60,123 nucleotides of DNA from Candidatus Bathyarchaeota archaeon (GTDB taxonomy: Archaea; Thermoproteota; Bathyarchaeia; 40CM-2-53-6), in assembly GCA_005881695.1 (NCBI GenBank), contig VBBT01000107.1, positions 1 through 60,123 on the forward strand, given 5' to 3'. Under the pieces are notes generated by a model. That model saw only the letters and a list, made by a program, of their open reading frames with translations. It made no database searches and was not told the origin of the DNA. A program made the position numbers and the translations under genes. Numbering within the stretch: the stretch's first letter is position 1; the number at the start of each line of letters is the position of its first letter. Of the stretch, positions 46,727-55,593 are shown one piece after another.

Positions 46727-47583
46727 TATTGTCACTTTCGGATACTGGTCCAAGTTACATGGCCCCTTTCGAACTAGAGCACTTGTCTGGTGGACAGAGA
46801 AAACGGCTACCGTTGAAACCATCTCCAGTTGATCATAGAGTAGAGGCGGTGCAGCCGACAGGAATTCCTATTCTCGACAAGGTCAGCGGAGGAGGTATTC
46901 CTCGACCGTCCAGTGTTGCACTGATGGGTCCGATAGGGAGTGGGAAATCCTCTCTTGTCCGTGAGCTAGTGGCGAATTTTCTTCGTCAGGGGTGTCAGCT
47001 TCTCTACTACTGCATAGATGATCCGGCTGATGTAGTCAGGCTAGGGCTCGAGGACCATCACATTGCAGTGACGAGGATCGAGGAGGAAGGCCGTCTCGAG
47101 TTTGTCGACATGTTCTCGCTCGGAGCTCAGAAGCTTGCCGAGTCGCTTCCCAAGATGGACCCCGGTGATATCTTGGAGGAGACGTTGAGGTTTCAGGACC
47201 TCCTCTCCTACGGCAGGAGCTTTGCAATGAAGCCGACCGTTGGACCAAAGGTGATCGTGATGGACTCCATCACACCATTTTTCCTGTTAGCAGAAGCAAG
47301 GCGTGTCTACCAGTATGTTCAGGTCATGCGCTTTGCAACACAGATCGCTCGGGCGGTAACGATCTCCGTCTTGCACACCGAGGTTGTGGATGTGAACGTG
47401 GAAAACGCCACCGCGAACCTAGCGGACGGGGTCATCGAGATGAGAAAACGACAGGGGGAGGTCTTGTTGAAGGGTGGCACGTTGAAGGTGTTGAGAATCG
47501 GGCGTAACCCGACGCCGTCACGGGGATATTTCTACCAGATCACGCAGCAGGGAATCGTGTTTTCCAACACGCCAATGTTCTGA
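46723..47583 (+). CDS. RAD55/KaiC family ATPase
   Basis: PTGIPILD...GGIP, Walker A GPIGSGKS, Walker B VIVMDS, ADGVIEM. Confidence 0.9.
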   Translation: MILSLSDTGPSYMAPFELEHLSGGQRKRLPLKPSPVDHRVEAVQPTGIPILDKVSGGGIPRPSSVALMGPIGSGKSSLVRELVANFLRQGCQLLYYCIDDPADVVRLGLEDHHIAVTRIEEEGRLEFVDMFSLGAQKLAESLPKMDPGDILEETLRFQDLLSYGRSFAMKPTVGPKVIVMDSITPFFLLAEARRVYQYVQVMRFATQIARAVTISVLHTEVVDVNVENATANLADGVIEMRKRQGEVLLKGGTLKVLRIGRNPTPSRGYFYQITQQGIVFSNTPMF

Positions 47584-47636
47584 TTATGACTGGGTGAGAA
47601 TTCTTTAACAACCGAATGGCATATTTCTAAGGGACT

Positions 47637-48464
47637 TTGTCTGCCAGCGCGAAGAATCTGAGGATTGGGTGCAGCGGCTGGTCCTACCAGGACTGGGTCG
47701 GCCCATTCTATCCGAGAGACGCTAAGCCCGCTGATTATCTTCGGATGTACTCAAAGGTCTTCGACGCGGTAGAGATTGATTCCAGCTACTATCGAACGCC
47801 TTCGCCGTTCATGGTGTCCAATTGGAAGCGTGGTACTCCCGAAGGTTTTCTTTTCACCGCGAAGTTTCCGAAGAAGATAACGCACGAGCTGAAACTGCGG
47901 GACAGTCAGGCACAGCTAGAACGGTTTTACAAGGCCATGTCGGAGTTGAGAGAGAAGCTTGGGGCCTTGGTTATCCAGCTTCCGCCGTCGTTCAACTACA
48001 AGAAAGACAAAGAAGCGCTGGAGACATTTCTTGCACAGACGGACAAGAAATACGTCCACGCCATCGAATTCCGCAACAAGTCATGGTTCAAACCCGACAT
48101 CTACAAACTTCTAGAGGCGAACAATATCAGTCTGGCTTGGTCCGAGAACCAGTACGCTTCAACTCCGCCCGAGGCCACGTCTGATGTGGCCTATCTTCGA
48201 ATGGTGGGCGACCGTTCAATCACAAATTTTGGGGGGAAGCAACGGGATCAGGGTGAAGTCATGCGAAAATGGTATACCGCTCTAGAGGAGAAGTCTAACC
48301 TGTTCAAGCAGGGCTTCATCTTCTTCAACAATCACTTTGCCGGTTTCGGGCCAGGGTCGGTGAACGAGTTCCGACGGCTCGCAGGACTGGCCGAGCTTGA
48401 TTGGAAAGAGTTGTCGAGGGAACCGGGACCTTTGCAGAGTAGCATGGCAGAGTTTCAGAAGTGA
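47637..48464 (+). CDS. DUF72 family protein
   Basis: GCSGWSY.DW.G.FYP, VEIDSSYY, KFP..ITH, QLPP, EFRN.SW, FFNNH. Confidence 0.93.
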   Translation: MSASAKNLRIGCSGWSYQDWVGPFYPRDAKPADYLRMYSKVFDAVEIDSSYYRTPSPFMVSNWKRGTPEGFLFTAKFPKKITHELKLRDSQAQLERFYKAMSELREKLGALVIQLPPSFNYKKDKEALETFLAQTDKKYVHAIEFRNKSWFKPDIYKLLEANNISLAWSENQYASTPPEATSDVAYLRMVGDRSITNFGGKQRDQGEVMRKWYTALEEKSNLFKQGFIFFNNHFAGFGPGSVNEFRRLAGLAELDWKELSREPGPLQSSMAEFQK

Positions 48465-48619
48465 GTCCGTGACCCCTGTCTGTCGGATGCGGGTCACCAG
48501 AGCCTGAAACCTCAATCTAGAGTTAGCGCTGTATATCTTGTACAGAATTGGGCCCGAAACTGTTAAAAATTCTTCCCCAAGCAACCACCCTTCTACGGTC
48601 TTTCTAGGAGAATAGAATA

Positions 48620-50434
48620 TTGACAGACGAAACCGAAAACAGCAATCATGAGACAACCACGAGGAAGAAGGTTTCAAGACGAGACTTTCTCAAGTACGGT
48701 GCAGGCGTGGCAGCTGTAGCCGCCGGAGCCACCGGTTTACTGGGGAAATTCCCGTCCCTCCCATCACTCACAACAACACCCACTCTGATACACCAGGTCG
48801 CGCCTGACCCAGGCATCGAGGAGGTTACCATAGCACAACTTGAAGCACAATACGCGGCGGGAACATTAAACGCAACCTCCATCGTGAACATGTACGAGAC
48901 CCGGATTAGCGCTCTAGACCAGAGCGGCCCGAGGCTCAACTCACTTCTACAAGTGAACCCAGACGCATCGACAATAGCGCAGCAGCTCGACGCGCAAGCC
49001 CCTCCATTCGCTGGAATACTTCACGGCATACCTATCCTGCTAAAAGACAATATTGACACGCACGACCAAATGCAGACAGCAGCAGGCTCACTAGCCCTTG
49101 TCGGGACGCCCGCCCTACGGGATTCAACCGTTGCCGCACATCTTCGTGCCGCCGGCGCAATAATCTTAGGCAAAACCAATTTGAGCGAGTGGGCCAACTT
49201 CCGCTCATTCTTCTCCACCAGCGGCTGGTCCGGCCGTGGGGGCCAGTGCAACAACCCCTACGCAATCGACCGCAACCCGTGCGGCTCAAGTTCGGGATCC
49301 GGGGCAGCAACTTCCGGAAACCTGACCACTGTTTCCATCGGCACTGAGACTGACGGCAGCATCGTCTGCCCAGCGAACGCCAACGGAGTCGTAGGTATCA
49401 AACCGACTGTTGGCCTGGTTAGCCGAGCTGGCGTCATCCCCATCTCGCACACACAGGACACCGTTGGCCCCCACGCTCGAACAGTTGCAGACGCAGCAAC
49501 CGTATTGACAGCTATCGTCCAAAGGACCCCTGACCCGCGCGACCCTGCTACCGGCACTAGCCCCCTTGGCATGTTGGGCCAACCGAGGCCTGCTCTGCCA
49601 GCCGACTATAGAGCATTCTTGAACCCCAAAGGCCTCCAAGGTGCCAGAATAGGAGTTGTTCGAGACTTCGAAGGGTTCAGCCCCCATGCCGATGCAATCT
49701 TCGACTCGGCAGTTACCGCAATAGGGAGCGCCGGAGCGACCCTCGTAGACCCTGTATCCTTCCCGCACCTCGCCGATATCAACAGCGGCCTCGCGGAGTT
49801 CACGGTGCTTCTATTCGACTTCAAGATAGACATAGCAAACTATCTCAAGACCAGAACAGGCGTACCCATCGCCAGCCCGACACTTCAAGCCCTGATCGAC
49901 TTCAACAATGCCAACGCCACCCAAGAGATGCCCTTCTTCGCACAGGAAATATTCGACCTGGCCAATCTGTTCAGCTCGAACCCGAACGCCACACAACCCC
50001 TCGGCTTGTCATACAACGACTCGCTAGCCATTGACCAGAAGATTGGAGCGACGGAGGGAATAGACCAGCTGTTGAAAGCCAACAACCTTGACGCACTAAT
50101 CGCCGGAACCGACAGCCCAGCCTGGCCCACCGACCTAATCAATAGCGACCATTTCACCTTCGGAACCTCATCGCCTTGCGCAATCGTAGGCTATCCTATC
50201 ATCAACGTACCAGCAGGAATGAGCTTCGGCGTCCCGGTCGGCATCTCGTTCATGGGCACCGCATTCAGTGAACCTACGCTGATCAAGCTCGCCTCAGGCT
50301 TCGAAGCTGTCACACAGGCACGGCAGAAGCCACAATTCCTGCAGACCCTGCCCTTCAGCGGCCCATCCCCATTCAAAGTGAGAGGACGCGGACTCCTGCC
50401 GAAAAGAAATACCCCACTAGTCAGCCAACTTTAA
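48620..50434 (+). CDS. Tat-exported amidase-signature family protein
   Basis: SRRDFLK twin-arginine signal; LLKDN, GKTNLSEWAN, GSSSGS, GTETDGSI. Confidence 0.92.
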   Translation: MTDETENSNHETTTRKKVSRRDFLKYGAGVAAVAAGATGLLGKFPSLPSLTTTPTLIHQVAPDPGIEEVTIAQLEAQYAAGTLNATSIVNMYETRISALDQSGPRLNSLLQVNPDASTIAQQLDAQAPPFAGILHGIPILLKDNIDTHDQMQTAAGSLALVGTPALRDSTVAAHLRAAGAIILGKTNLSEWANFRSFFSTSGWSGRGGQCNNPYAIDRNPCGSSSGSGAATSGNLTTVSIGTETDGSIVCPANANGVVGIKPTVGLVSRAGVIPISHTQDTVGPHARTVADAATVLTAIVQRTPDPRDPATGTSPLGMLGQPRPALPADYRAFLNPKGLQGARIGVVRDFEGFSPHADAIFDSAVTAIGSAGATLVDPVSFPHLADINSGLAEFTVLLFDFKIDIANYLKTRTGVPIASPTLQALIDFNNANATQEMPFFAQEIFDLANLFSSNPNATQPLGLSYNDSLAIDQKIGATEGIDQLLKANNLDALIAGTDSPAWPTDLINSDHFTFGTSSPCAIVGYPIINVPAGMSFGVPVGISFMGTAFSEPTLIKLASGFEAVTQARQKPQFLQTLPFSGPSPFKVRGRGLLPKRNTPLVSQL

Positions 50435-50449
50435 GCACCCGTTCACCAA

Positions 50450-50460
50450 CCCCCTTTTTC
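50450..50460 (+). terminator. Archaeal oligo-T terminator
   Basis: CCCCCTTTTTC 16 nt after the amidase stop. Confidence 0.45.
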
Positions 50461-50599
50461 TATTGTCAATCAGCGGAGCTTATCGAGCCCATCCAGTCTC
50501 TGACCGGCAAAACTCTGCCCACGCTTCCAACTAGACGAGTCGAAGCGGAGAGAACTGATATAGTCCGGAGATGGATCTCTGCGAACGAGTCGTGAGTAA

Positions 50600-50944
50600 T
50601 TGTTCTCCGAGAAAGAATTGGCCTACCTGAAATCTCAGCCCCTGGCTAGAATCGGGACCTCGTCCAAATCCGGAAGGCCGGATGTTGCCCCGGTGAGCTT
50701 CGATACGGACGGCGAGTACATCTACGTGAGCGGCCGGGACGTCACGAACACCATGAAATACAAGAATGTCATGGAGAATCCTAGAGCCTCATTCGTTGTT
50801 GACGATCTGAAGACAATGAAACCTTGGGCTCCGCGGGGGATCAAGTTACAAGGAAAAGCCGAGATCGTCAAGCACACTGGGTACATGGGTCCTGGAACTT
50901 ACATTCGAATAAAACCTGTGAATAAACGAAGCTGGAATATCTAG
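50600..50944 (+). CDS. PPOX-class (pyridoxamine 5'-phosphate oxidase-like, possibly F420-dependent) oxidoreductase
   Basis: LARIGT...GRPDVAPV, KYKNV..NP...VVDD...PWAPRGI. Confidence 0.85.
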   Translation: MFSEKELAYLKSQPLARIGTSSKSGRPDVAPVSFDTDGEYIYVSGRDVTNTMKYKNVMENPRASFVVDDLKTMKPWAPRGIKLQGKAEIVKHTGYMGPGTYIRIKPVNKRSWNI

Positions 50945-51062
50945 CAGCTCAACTCTTTCTTCCAGCCCATGCCGTGCCGTCTGGGGGCTTGAGAGTCTGG
51001 TCTAGATAGGATGAAAGAGAAGAAAGAACGGGGGATTTCTTGGGGTGGGTTCGTTTGTTCTG

Positions 51063-52958
51063 TTATGCGAGGCTGACCGAGCCTACTTCTGAGAGGTCTG
51101 TGAGGTTGTTCATTTTGACCGTGTTGTTCGAGATAGTGTATAGCACGTTTCCGATGTAGAGTGTTCTGGTGATGAAGAGGTTGTTGTCTTGCCATGTTGG
51201 TAGTTGGCCGTTTTGCAGTTGTGTTATTCCGCCCTTGAAGATGATTCCGTTGTCGGGTGTGATGTTGAAGACGTAGGCTCCTTGCCAGATCGGCTGGTAC
51301 GAGTACCAGTACGTTGTATCCTGGGGTTGTGCGGTTATCTCGACCGGGATCACCAGAAGGTTGAGTGTCTTGTCGAAGAGGACTGCTTTGTGATCGTTGA
51401 TTGCGGGTGAGCTGGATCCGGGACCGCCGATCAAGTATCTGTTAGTCTCCGTTGGCCGGTTGGGGTCGGTTACGTTGAAGAGGCTGATCTTGAGGCCTGT
51501 GAAACGGACCGCGTTCTCCCACGCTACATCGGTGCCCGCCTGGCCGATGCCGATAAGATGTGTCTCATCGTATGGTTGTAGGTAGTCTGAAACGCCTGTT
51601 ACGTTGAGCTGGCCAAGCACCTTGGGCCGAGCGGGGTCTTGGAGACCGATGACAAAGAGCGGATCCGTTCGCTTGTATGTAACAAGGTAGGCTTTGTCGC
51701 CCATGAACCGAGCAGAATAGATCTGTTCGCCAGGCGATAATCCCTCTAGCTTTCCGGTTATGTGGAGGCTCTTGTCGAGAACATACACGTTTGTCTCTTG
51801 CTGGCTGACTTGTGCGTATGCGAGTGGCATGGGACCGCCGCTCTGGCTGCAGCAGTTGGTTGTTGCAATCCGGAGGTATTCGTTGTACTCGTCCATCGAG
51901 AACTGGTTCAGAACGTGTCCCGGTACCGCTCCCGTAGCCTGGTAGGTGATTGCGAGACCATCGATGCTAATACGGTGCACTATCGTCTGCTGGCTCTGAC
52001 TCCATACCGGCTGTGTGAGATAAATGTCGTGCAGAGACACGTAGATCGTGCTAGTCGTTCCGATCAAATAGATCTTCGCGGAAGGACTGGGGTTGCTCTG
52101 TGTCGTATCGAACCCGACGATCGTGGTGAAGCTGTAGCCTTGGTCGACAACGTCCGAGTGATAGACTTGTGTGGGCGTGGCCTTTACCACTTGGCCATTG
52201 ACGATTTGCTCTGGGAGCAAGATCTCGCCGTAGCAGAAGACTGGCTCTGTTGCGACAAGATAGACATCGTTTCCGATTAGACGAGCACCGGCCAAGGTCC
52301 CGTTTACGTCGACCCTTGTCGTGATCACCGGGTTGGCATGGTTGCTGATGTCAAATACGAAGAGCGAAGTGGTCCCTGAGAATTGAATAGGGTATATCTT
52401 TGAAATGTTGCCGGGTTGAGAAGCACCTGTGCCTAGTGCAGGAAGCGGTGCGCCTCCGTTATAGTACGGATATGAGTATCCTGGAATCTCGTTTACGATG
52501 ACAAGCCTGTTGCCGACCACAAATATTCCTTGCAAAGTCCCACTAACATTTACTCTGGAGAGAAGTCTGGCATCTGTTGCCGGATAGGCTTGGACGATGG
52601 CGACGGTGTTGTTTGTTATCGTGTAGATGTACTGGCCGTCGTTCTTGACATTGTCGAGTTCATCAACGCCAGACACCTGCTGATTCGTTTCAGAATGGGT
52701 GGGACTTTGACTTGAAGCACTGTTCGAATTGGCGCCGAAGACTGATGTTGTTGGGCCAGTAGTAAGAGCGCCCCGATTGTACAGCATAGGGATCGAGTTG
52801 CTGCAGCCATTCGCGTGAATGAACTCTCTCAGGTCTTGGTATGAGGTGAACGGGATCATTGCATGGGCTGTCGGGGTTGTGAGGTAGACTGAGACTGGGA
52901 TGAGGGTGAGGCTGGTTAGGATGAGCAGGTATGCTGTTGTCGTTTTGCGGAGTATCAT
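51063..52958 (-). CDS. Secreted/membrane-anchored beta-propeller domain protein (Beta_propel family)
   Basis: N-terminal TM; SETNQQVSGVDELD.VKNDG, NQFSMDE, EQIYSARF, DPLFVI, GLKISLF, DHKA, RTLYIG. Confidence 0.9.
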   Translation of the reverse strand: MILRKTTTAYLLILTSLTLIPVSVYLTTPTAHAMIPFTSYQDLREFIHANGCSNSIPMLYNRGALTTGPTTSVFGANSNSASSQSPTHSETNQQVSGVDELDNVKNDGQYIYTITNNTVAIVQAYPATDARLLSRVNVSGTLQGIFVVGNRLVIVNEIPGYSYPYYNGGAPLPALGTGASQPGNISKIYPIQFSGTTSLFVFDISNHANPVITTRVDVNGTLAGARLIGNDVYLVATEPVFCYGEILLPEQIVNGQVVKATPTQVYHSDVVDQGYSFTTIVGFDTTQSNPSPSAKIYLIGTTSTIYVSLHDIYLTQPVWSQSQQTIVHRISIDGLAITYQATGAVPGHVLNQFSMDEYNEYLRIATTNCCSQSGGPMPLAYAQVSQQETNVYVLDKSLHITGKLEGLSPGEQIYSARFMGDKAYLVTYKRTDPLFVIGLQDPARPKVLGQLNVTGVSDYLQPYDETHLIGIGQAGTDVAWENAVRFTGLKISLFNVTDPNRPTETNRYLIGGPGSSSPAINDHKAVLFDKTLNLLVIPVEITAQPQDTTYWYSYQPIWQGAYVFNITPDNGIIFKGGITQLQNGQLPTWQDNNLFITRTLYIGNVLYTISNNTVKMNNLTDLSEVGSVSLA

Positions 52959-53101
52959 ACTTGTTCGTCATATGGTAGGTGGCACGTGGGCTTAATCCCA
53001 GCGTTTAGAACATGGTGTTCGGAAATCCGAACGCCTCGTTGCCGAAGAGTAAGCTTGTATCGAACCAAGGCTTCCCTCACGCTCTGGAGATCTGGTATAT
53101 T

Positions 53102-53548
53102 TTGGCAGAGGAACGAGAGAGGGTTATCGAGTCCGAGTTGAAGGGCGTGACTTTGCGTGTCTACTGGCACATTCTCGGATCTAAGAGACAGGCTGTCGGC
53201 GTCAGACCCGTCCAGAGAGCCTTGGGGTTGAGTAGTCCGAGTGTCGCCTTGCATCATCTAGAGAAGTTAAGGGGTCTGGGCCTATTGGAGAAGGACTCGA
53301 GCGGCGAATATCATCTGATCGAGCAGGTGAAGGTCGGAGTCTTGCAGAACTTTGTCGGAGTCTTGGGATTCATGCTTCCACGATACTTGTTCTACTCGAC
53401 CATGTTCACTGTAATGCTCGCACTCTACCCGATCATCTACCGGCCAGATTTCTCCACGCACAATATCATGGCATTCGTCTTTGGCATATCAGCGGTTGCG
53501 GTCTCGTGGAGTGAAACCTGGCGGGCGTGGAGGTTGAAGCCGTTCTGA
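53102..53548 (+). CDS. Membrane-tethered winged-helix transcriptional regulator
   Basis: GVRPVQRALGLSSPSVALHHLEKL..LGLL wHTH plus two C-terminal TM helices. Confidence 0.8.
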   Translation: MAEERERVIESELKGVTLRVYWHILGSKRQAVGVRPVQRALGLSSPSVALHHLEKLRGLGLLEKDSSGEYHLIEQVKVGVLQNFVGVLGFMLPRYLFYSTMFTVMLALYPIIYRPDFSTHNIMAFVFGISAVAVSWSETWRAWRLKPF

Positions 53549-53635
53549 TAATGGATCGGGCTGTTCTAACCTGTGGGATTATGCGGAGCATAGGCCCATG
53601 AGTATTATGAGAAGGGCTGCGGAGAGGGTTCGATA

Positions 53636-53953
53636 TTGAGACTTGGGAGTAGAAGTAGAGCCGGATTTAGCCTGACGCTGGGCGTGCTTATCGGCCTCGG
53701 CCTCGTCCTTCTGCCTGGGATTTTGGCACCTCAGACTCAGACTTCGGCAACATCCGGATCCAATTCTAGATGGACTTTCTCAACTCAATCAGCGCAACCA
53801 AGTAACCTTGGGAATCAGACCGCTGGGACCTCCATCAGTATTACAGTGGGTTCAATGCTGATCCTCGTCAGCCTGGTTCTGTTTCCTGCTATCGCCCTGT
53901 CCTTTCTGGCACGATACTGGACCTTGAAACAGGCGAAAGACCGATTAGGTTGA
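53636..53953 (+). CDS. Small two-TM membrane protein
   Basis: Two TM helices around a Ser/Thr/Gln-rich loop. Confidence 0.6.
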   Translation: MRLGSRSRAGFSLTLGVLIGLGLVLLPGILAPQTQTSATSGSNSRWTFSTQSAQPSNLGNQTAGTSISITVGSMLILVSLVLFPAIALSFLARYWTLKQAKDRLG

Positions 53954-54008
53954 GAGAATCAGTAGCTAGCATCGAATGGGCAACGCCTGTGGCTTCGAGG
54001 CCAGAGAA

Positions 54009-54164
54009 TTAGTTGAGTCGTTTGGTCCTGGCGCATTCGGGACAGATGGGAATGTTCGCGTACATGTTGGTGGTTGGTTTTCCGCAGAATCTGCACGGCT
54101 GGGCGCTGGTCTCAGTGGGTGTGTGTGTCGTTTTCTCGCCTTTGTCGATCTGTCGGCTCAACAC
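54009..54164 (-). CDS. Small Cys4 zinc-finger protein (about 50 aa, not in ORF track)
   Basis: GTG/TTG start: SRQIDKGEKTTHTPTETSAQPCRFCGKPTTNMYANIPICPECARTKRLN*. Confidence 0.6.
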   Translation of the reverse strand: MLSRQIDKGEKTTHTPTETSAQPCRFCGKPTTNMYANIPICPECARTKRLN

Positions 54165-54513
54165 TCTTCGGTTCCCAGGCTCATTATTTGGCCGTCGTAA
54201 CGTAAAAATCGCATGTGTACAAGTGAATACCTGATCATACTATTTTTCTTGGAAAAGATAGTTGGGTGAATGCTTAGGCTTCGGGGGTAACGTATGATAG
54301 TCCATCAAGGGTGGGAGGCGGAAGAATCGGCCGCCGTCGGGGTCACCATGAACAAGAATCTTTAAAAAAGGAAAATTATACCGGAGTTAGAAGGATGTTC
54401 GTAAAGCAATAACGTCTGGGTCTTCCTATGCTTCGTGGGTAGGGGATGTCTGCCGCAAAACGTCGCAATCCGAAGAAGAGTGTAACCCTCTTCTTGAGCT
54501 CTCCCGGTTACAA

Positions 54514-55323
54514 TTGCGTTTTCTGCCAGCAAAGTCGATCTCCCTGACATCATTAGTAGTTGATGCGATGTCGTCCAGACCTTTGCTGCTTCTCGGCAAC
54601 ATAGCCGCGATAATCGTGACCACAGCCGCCTTTCTCCAGGCATTATCATGGCCCATCGCGGGCGTGCTGATACTTGTCTCTCTCGTATTTCCATTGCTGG
54701 CCAACATCAGCCCGCCTAGAGGATCTATGACTTCAGACCCAGCTTCGAAGATTCCAGCGACAACACGTCACTCACAAATGGAGACCAGGACTCCTCAACA
54801 TCAGCCCCCTGAGAAACACACCACTCCAAACCATCAATCGTCGACAAAAATCGATCAAAGACTATCATCGAAACCGGATCCAGTCAGAACACTCGGACCG
54901 AAAGCTGGCCCTAACCTAACCGCTTCTACGATCTCCGCACCCAAACCTGGGGTACCAAATGTTGAACTCACTCTAAGACCCCCGGCTGTAAAGCTGGGAC
55001 CTGATTTCAGCCCGACGATTGCAAAGGGCGACTATACAGAGTACGAGGTTGAACTGGACGCAGGAAAGGATTTTACAGGCGAGGTCACGGCGTCTGGCCT
55101 CGTAAATGTCTATCTCCTTGATGACGACAATCTGGACAACCTAGATCAGGGCGAAGAATTCTGGAGCGAGACAGGCGAGGAAGGCGTTGAAAATGCGAAA
55201 CTGGAATTTACGGCACCCTCGAAGGGAAAATGGTTCTTCGTCGTGGAGAATGCAGACGACCGAGCCGTCTCTGCCACAGTGAACATCCAAAAGGGATCCC
55301 CTCCGACTCCTGCGTCAGCCTAG
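54514..55323 (+). CDS. Membrane protein with Pro-rich linker and acidic C-terminal beta-sandwich
   Basis: Two N-terminal TM, disordered linker, VNVYLLD...FTAP..GKWFFVVEN. Confidence 0.7.
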   Translation: MRFLPAKSISLTSLVVDAMSSRPLLLLGNIAAIIVTTAAFLQALSWPIAGVLILVSLVFPLLANISPPRGSMTSDPASKIPATTRHSQMETRTPQHQPPEKHTTPNHQSSTKIDQRLSSKPDPVRTLGPKAGPNLTASTISAPKPGVPNVELTLRPPAVKLGPDFSPTIAKGDYTEYEVELDAGKDFTGEVTASGLVNVYLLDDDNLDNLDQGEEFWSETGEEGVENAKLEFTAPSKGKWFFVVENADDRAVSATVNIQKGSPPTPASA

Positions 55324-55578
55324 TTTTTCCTGCCCGTACTTTGTCAAGGTCCACCTGTTTCCCCGTCCAATGGACGTGGAGGAGACGACCTTTTGCTTGA
55401 GAAGCAGTCTCAGGTGATGGCTCACACAGCTCTCGGTGAGACCGGCTTTCTCGCCAATCTCAACGATTCGTGTCTTCCCCTTCTCCATGGCCTCGATGAT
55501 TTTAGACCTCGATGCCAACCCTCGGTTGACGTTTCTCATTCCAGAAATGTAGGCTCGTGGATGGTAGGGCGGCGTCAC
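55315..55578 (-). CDS. Small ArsR-like winged-helix protein
   Basis: EIGEKAGLTESCVSHHLRLL...W.LTKYGQ; directly downstream of polC. Confidence 0.8.
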   Translation of the reverse strand: MTPPYHPRAYISGMRNVNRGLASRSKIIEAMEKGKTRIVEIGEKAGLTESCVSHHLRLLLKQKVVSSTSIGRGNRWTLTKYGQEKLG

Positions 55579-55593
55579 GCTTGAGGCCCTTTT

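Noticed and set aside
48646-52971. Numerous antisense ORFs over the amidase and beta-propeller genes (similar ones over polC and the M20 peptidase)
   Set aside because: Antisense shadows of well-supported genes
53976-54234. Plus-strand ORFs 53976..54200 and 54013..54234
   Set aside because: No motifs; better explained as shadows of the minus-strand Cys4 microprotein
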